The position numbers and the translations under genes are program-made. Below are positions 61,790 to 64,000 of a stretch of DNA of 64,000 nt, in pieces. Position 1 is the stretch's first letter; the number at the start of each line of letters is the position of its first letter. Under the pieces are notes generated by a model, which saw only the letters and a program-made list of their open reading frames with translations, was not told the DNA's origin and did no database searches. Where the stretch lies: contig NC_068986.1 of assembly GCF_001194135.2 (NCBI RefSeq), forward strand, positions 21,013,500-21,077,499, in the 5' to 3' direction. The stretch comes from Octopus bimaculoides (lineage: Eukaryota).

Positions 61790-62321
61790 GCATATACACG
61801 CGCGCGCGCGCAGACGTATGTGTGTGCGCGAGCATTGTATCATTTATGCGCGTACATCGTTGTGCAGTTGTGTATGTATTGATTTATGCATGGTAGAAAA
61901 TGCATGTGCATTTGTTGGCTTTGACGTCGTGTTTTACCTGCGGGTTAGCTCTGAATGACCATTCCACCCATAACTAACCAGCCACTTTATGTATTACGAA
62001 CTATATGTCTCTTATACCTCTTTTTCTTACGATAAAGAAAGAAGAAAAACGAACAGTTAGGCTGTATTAGAAGAGGCCTTTCGCTGCTACATCTAGCAGA
62101 CTAAATAACGACATTAGCTCGTCTATGCTGTTTTCTCATTGGCTCGCCTATGCTGGTGTATGTTTGTACGGGTTTTTTTAATGCGTGAAGTCATGTACCG
62201 TATTATGCGCTTGCGCATACTTTTGTTTGAATGTATCTATGTGATTTCCCTCGTCGGTGCGCGCGCGCGTATGTGTGTGTGTGTGTGTGTGTGCGCGTGT
62301 GCGCGTATGTGTATTATCTTT

Positions 62322-62530
62322 TATTTTGTAACTGTTTCAATCATTATACTGCGGCTATGCTGGGCACCTCCTTGAAGAATTTTTAGTCGAATGAATCGAC
62401 CAGAGTACTTATTTTTTTAAGGCCGGTATTTTTTCTATCGGTCTCCTTTGGCCCAACCGCTAAGATACGAAGACGTAAACACATCAAGACCCGTTATCAA
62501 GCAGTGGTGGAAGACAAAGGCAGACACAAT
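62322..62530 (-). mobile_element. SINE family C, 3' half
   Basis: ACTGCGGCTATGCTGGGCACC...TTTAGTCGAATGAATCGACC... Confidence 0.75.
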
Positions 62531-63002
62531 AACGCACACACACATTATATATATATGTATATATGTATGTATATGTATCTGGTTGTGTTTGTGTGCATTG
62601 GTGTGTAAGTACATTCTTTTAATTTTGTTTACTCACGTGTGAGTGAGCGAGAATGTATGAACGAATGTGCATTCATAAAGTGAGTGTTTGTATATCATTC
62701 CTTTGGTCGGTTTGCGCACGCCCATGTGTGTATGTGCTGGTGAATGTGTGTGTGTGTGTGTGTGTGTACTTGTATGTTTGTGTGTGTGTATGTGTGTGTG
62801 TGTGTTTGAATGTGCAGCTGACTGTATATAAGAGTTGGTGTACGTTCATGTCATTGCTGGGTTTGTATACAAATCTCTGTAACTCAGCATAACATAACAG
62901 CTCTACAATTTCACTTTTTGGGGCAATCAATGCGCAAATCTTGATATATTTTCGTTAAGAAGATTGTCTACGTTTGTTTCGTAATATTCAGTGACATTAT
63001 AA

Positions 63003-63452
63003 GACGTTGAACTGGCAGAATCGTCAGCATGTTGAGCAAAGTGCTTAGCAGCATCTGGTACGTCTTCACGTTCTGAGTTCAAATTCCACCGACGTCGACT
63101 ATGCCTTTCGTTTTTTTTTTCGGGATCGATGAGTAATGGTGGGGGGGGGGTCAATGTGATCGATTTATTTGCTCTCTAAGCCCACCACAAACCCACCCCC
63201 AATAGCTGACCTTCTGCCAAAATTTGAAGCCAATATTTAGCATGTGTTAAGGTAGCAAGCTGGCAGAATCGTTAGCACCCCGGGCAAAATGCTTAGCGAC
63301 ATTTCGTCCGTCTCTACGTTCCGAGTTCAAACTCCACCGACGTTGACCTTGCTTTTCATCCTTTCGAGGTCAATAGTTGAGTACTGGGAGGTCGAGGTAT
63401 TCGACTTACCCCTACCCCATAATTGCTGGCGTTGGGCCAAAATTTGAAATTA
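63003..63452 (+). mobile_element. Two tandem family M SINEs
   Basis: Copies at about 63003-63235 and 63250-63452. Confidence 0.8.
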
Positions 63453-63604
63453 ATATTTAGCATTTTCATAAACAAAAACACGAAGAGAAATATACGCAGT
63501 GACACAAAAAAAAACGTATATACACACGTGTATACATATATATGCGTATATAAATATGTATGCATAAATAATATTTGCAGATATAAATATATATTCTTTT
63601 ATTG

Positions 63605-63970
63605 TTTTACTTGTTTCAGTCATTTGACTGCGGCCAAGCTGGAGCACCGCCTTTAGTCGAACATATCGACCCCAGGACTTACTCTTTGTAAGCCTAGTAC
63701 TTATTCTGTCGGGGATATAAACACACTATCATCGGTTGTCAAGCGATAGCGGAGTGGTGTAGGGAACAAACACAGACATTAACTTGTATATATATATATA
63801 TATATATATATACATACACGACGGGCTTCTATCAGTCTCCGTCTACAAATCCACTCACAAGGTATTGGTCAGCCGGAGGCTATAGTAGAAGACACTTGCC
63901 CTAGGTTCCACGCAGTGAGACTGAACCCGGGACCATGTGGTTGTGAGGCAACCTTCTAACTACACAGCCA
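63605..63970 (-). mobile_element. SINE family C, near full length
   Basis: Reverse complement of head, CORE-like domain and tail. Confidence 0.85.
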
Positions 63971-64000
63971 CCGACACTCGTGTATATATATATATATATA

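Noticed and set aside
61770-62310. Inverted arrangement of (CA)n(CG)n and (CG)n(TG)n tracts
   Set aside because: Complementarity is confined to low-complexity sequence and is expected by chance in this genome.

Overview
AT-rich eukaryotic DNA from a draft assembly, with 12 N-gaps totalling about 5 kb. The repeat content (dense CA/TA/TC microsatellites and several tRNA-derived SINE families) looks like an octopus genome; this is inferred from repeat style only. I recognise no protein-coding gene. Most ORF-track entries are microsatellite or N-gap artefacts; the exceptions are a 3' remnant of an L1/Tx1-type LINE and a few unverified exon candidates. Supported features: one dispersed 5S rRNA gene or pseudogene; about 35 SINE copies from at least 4 families (labelled here M, C, K, H); four TA-flanked Tc1/mariner or pogo-type MITEs; a Helitron-like 3' end; minisatellites; and a 175-bp near-perfect palindrome. 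The main hidden signal is a set of about 11 minimal type I hammerhead ribozyme (HHR) motifs of the kind known from Penelope-like elements. Four have an intact core, two are tandem A6U variants 164 bp apart, and five are degenerate. Three sit inside family H, a tRNA-headed SINE whose 3' half is a Penelope-type HHR tail; one H copy also shows a 5' inversion. This HHR-bearing Pol III SINE is my best candidate for an undescribed system. All ribozyme calls are structural predictions made by eye; activity is untested.
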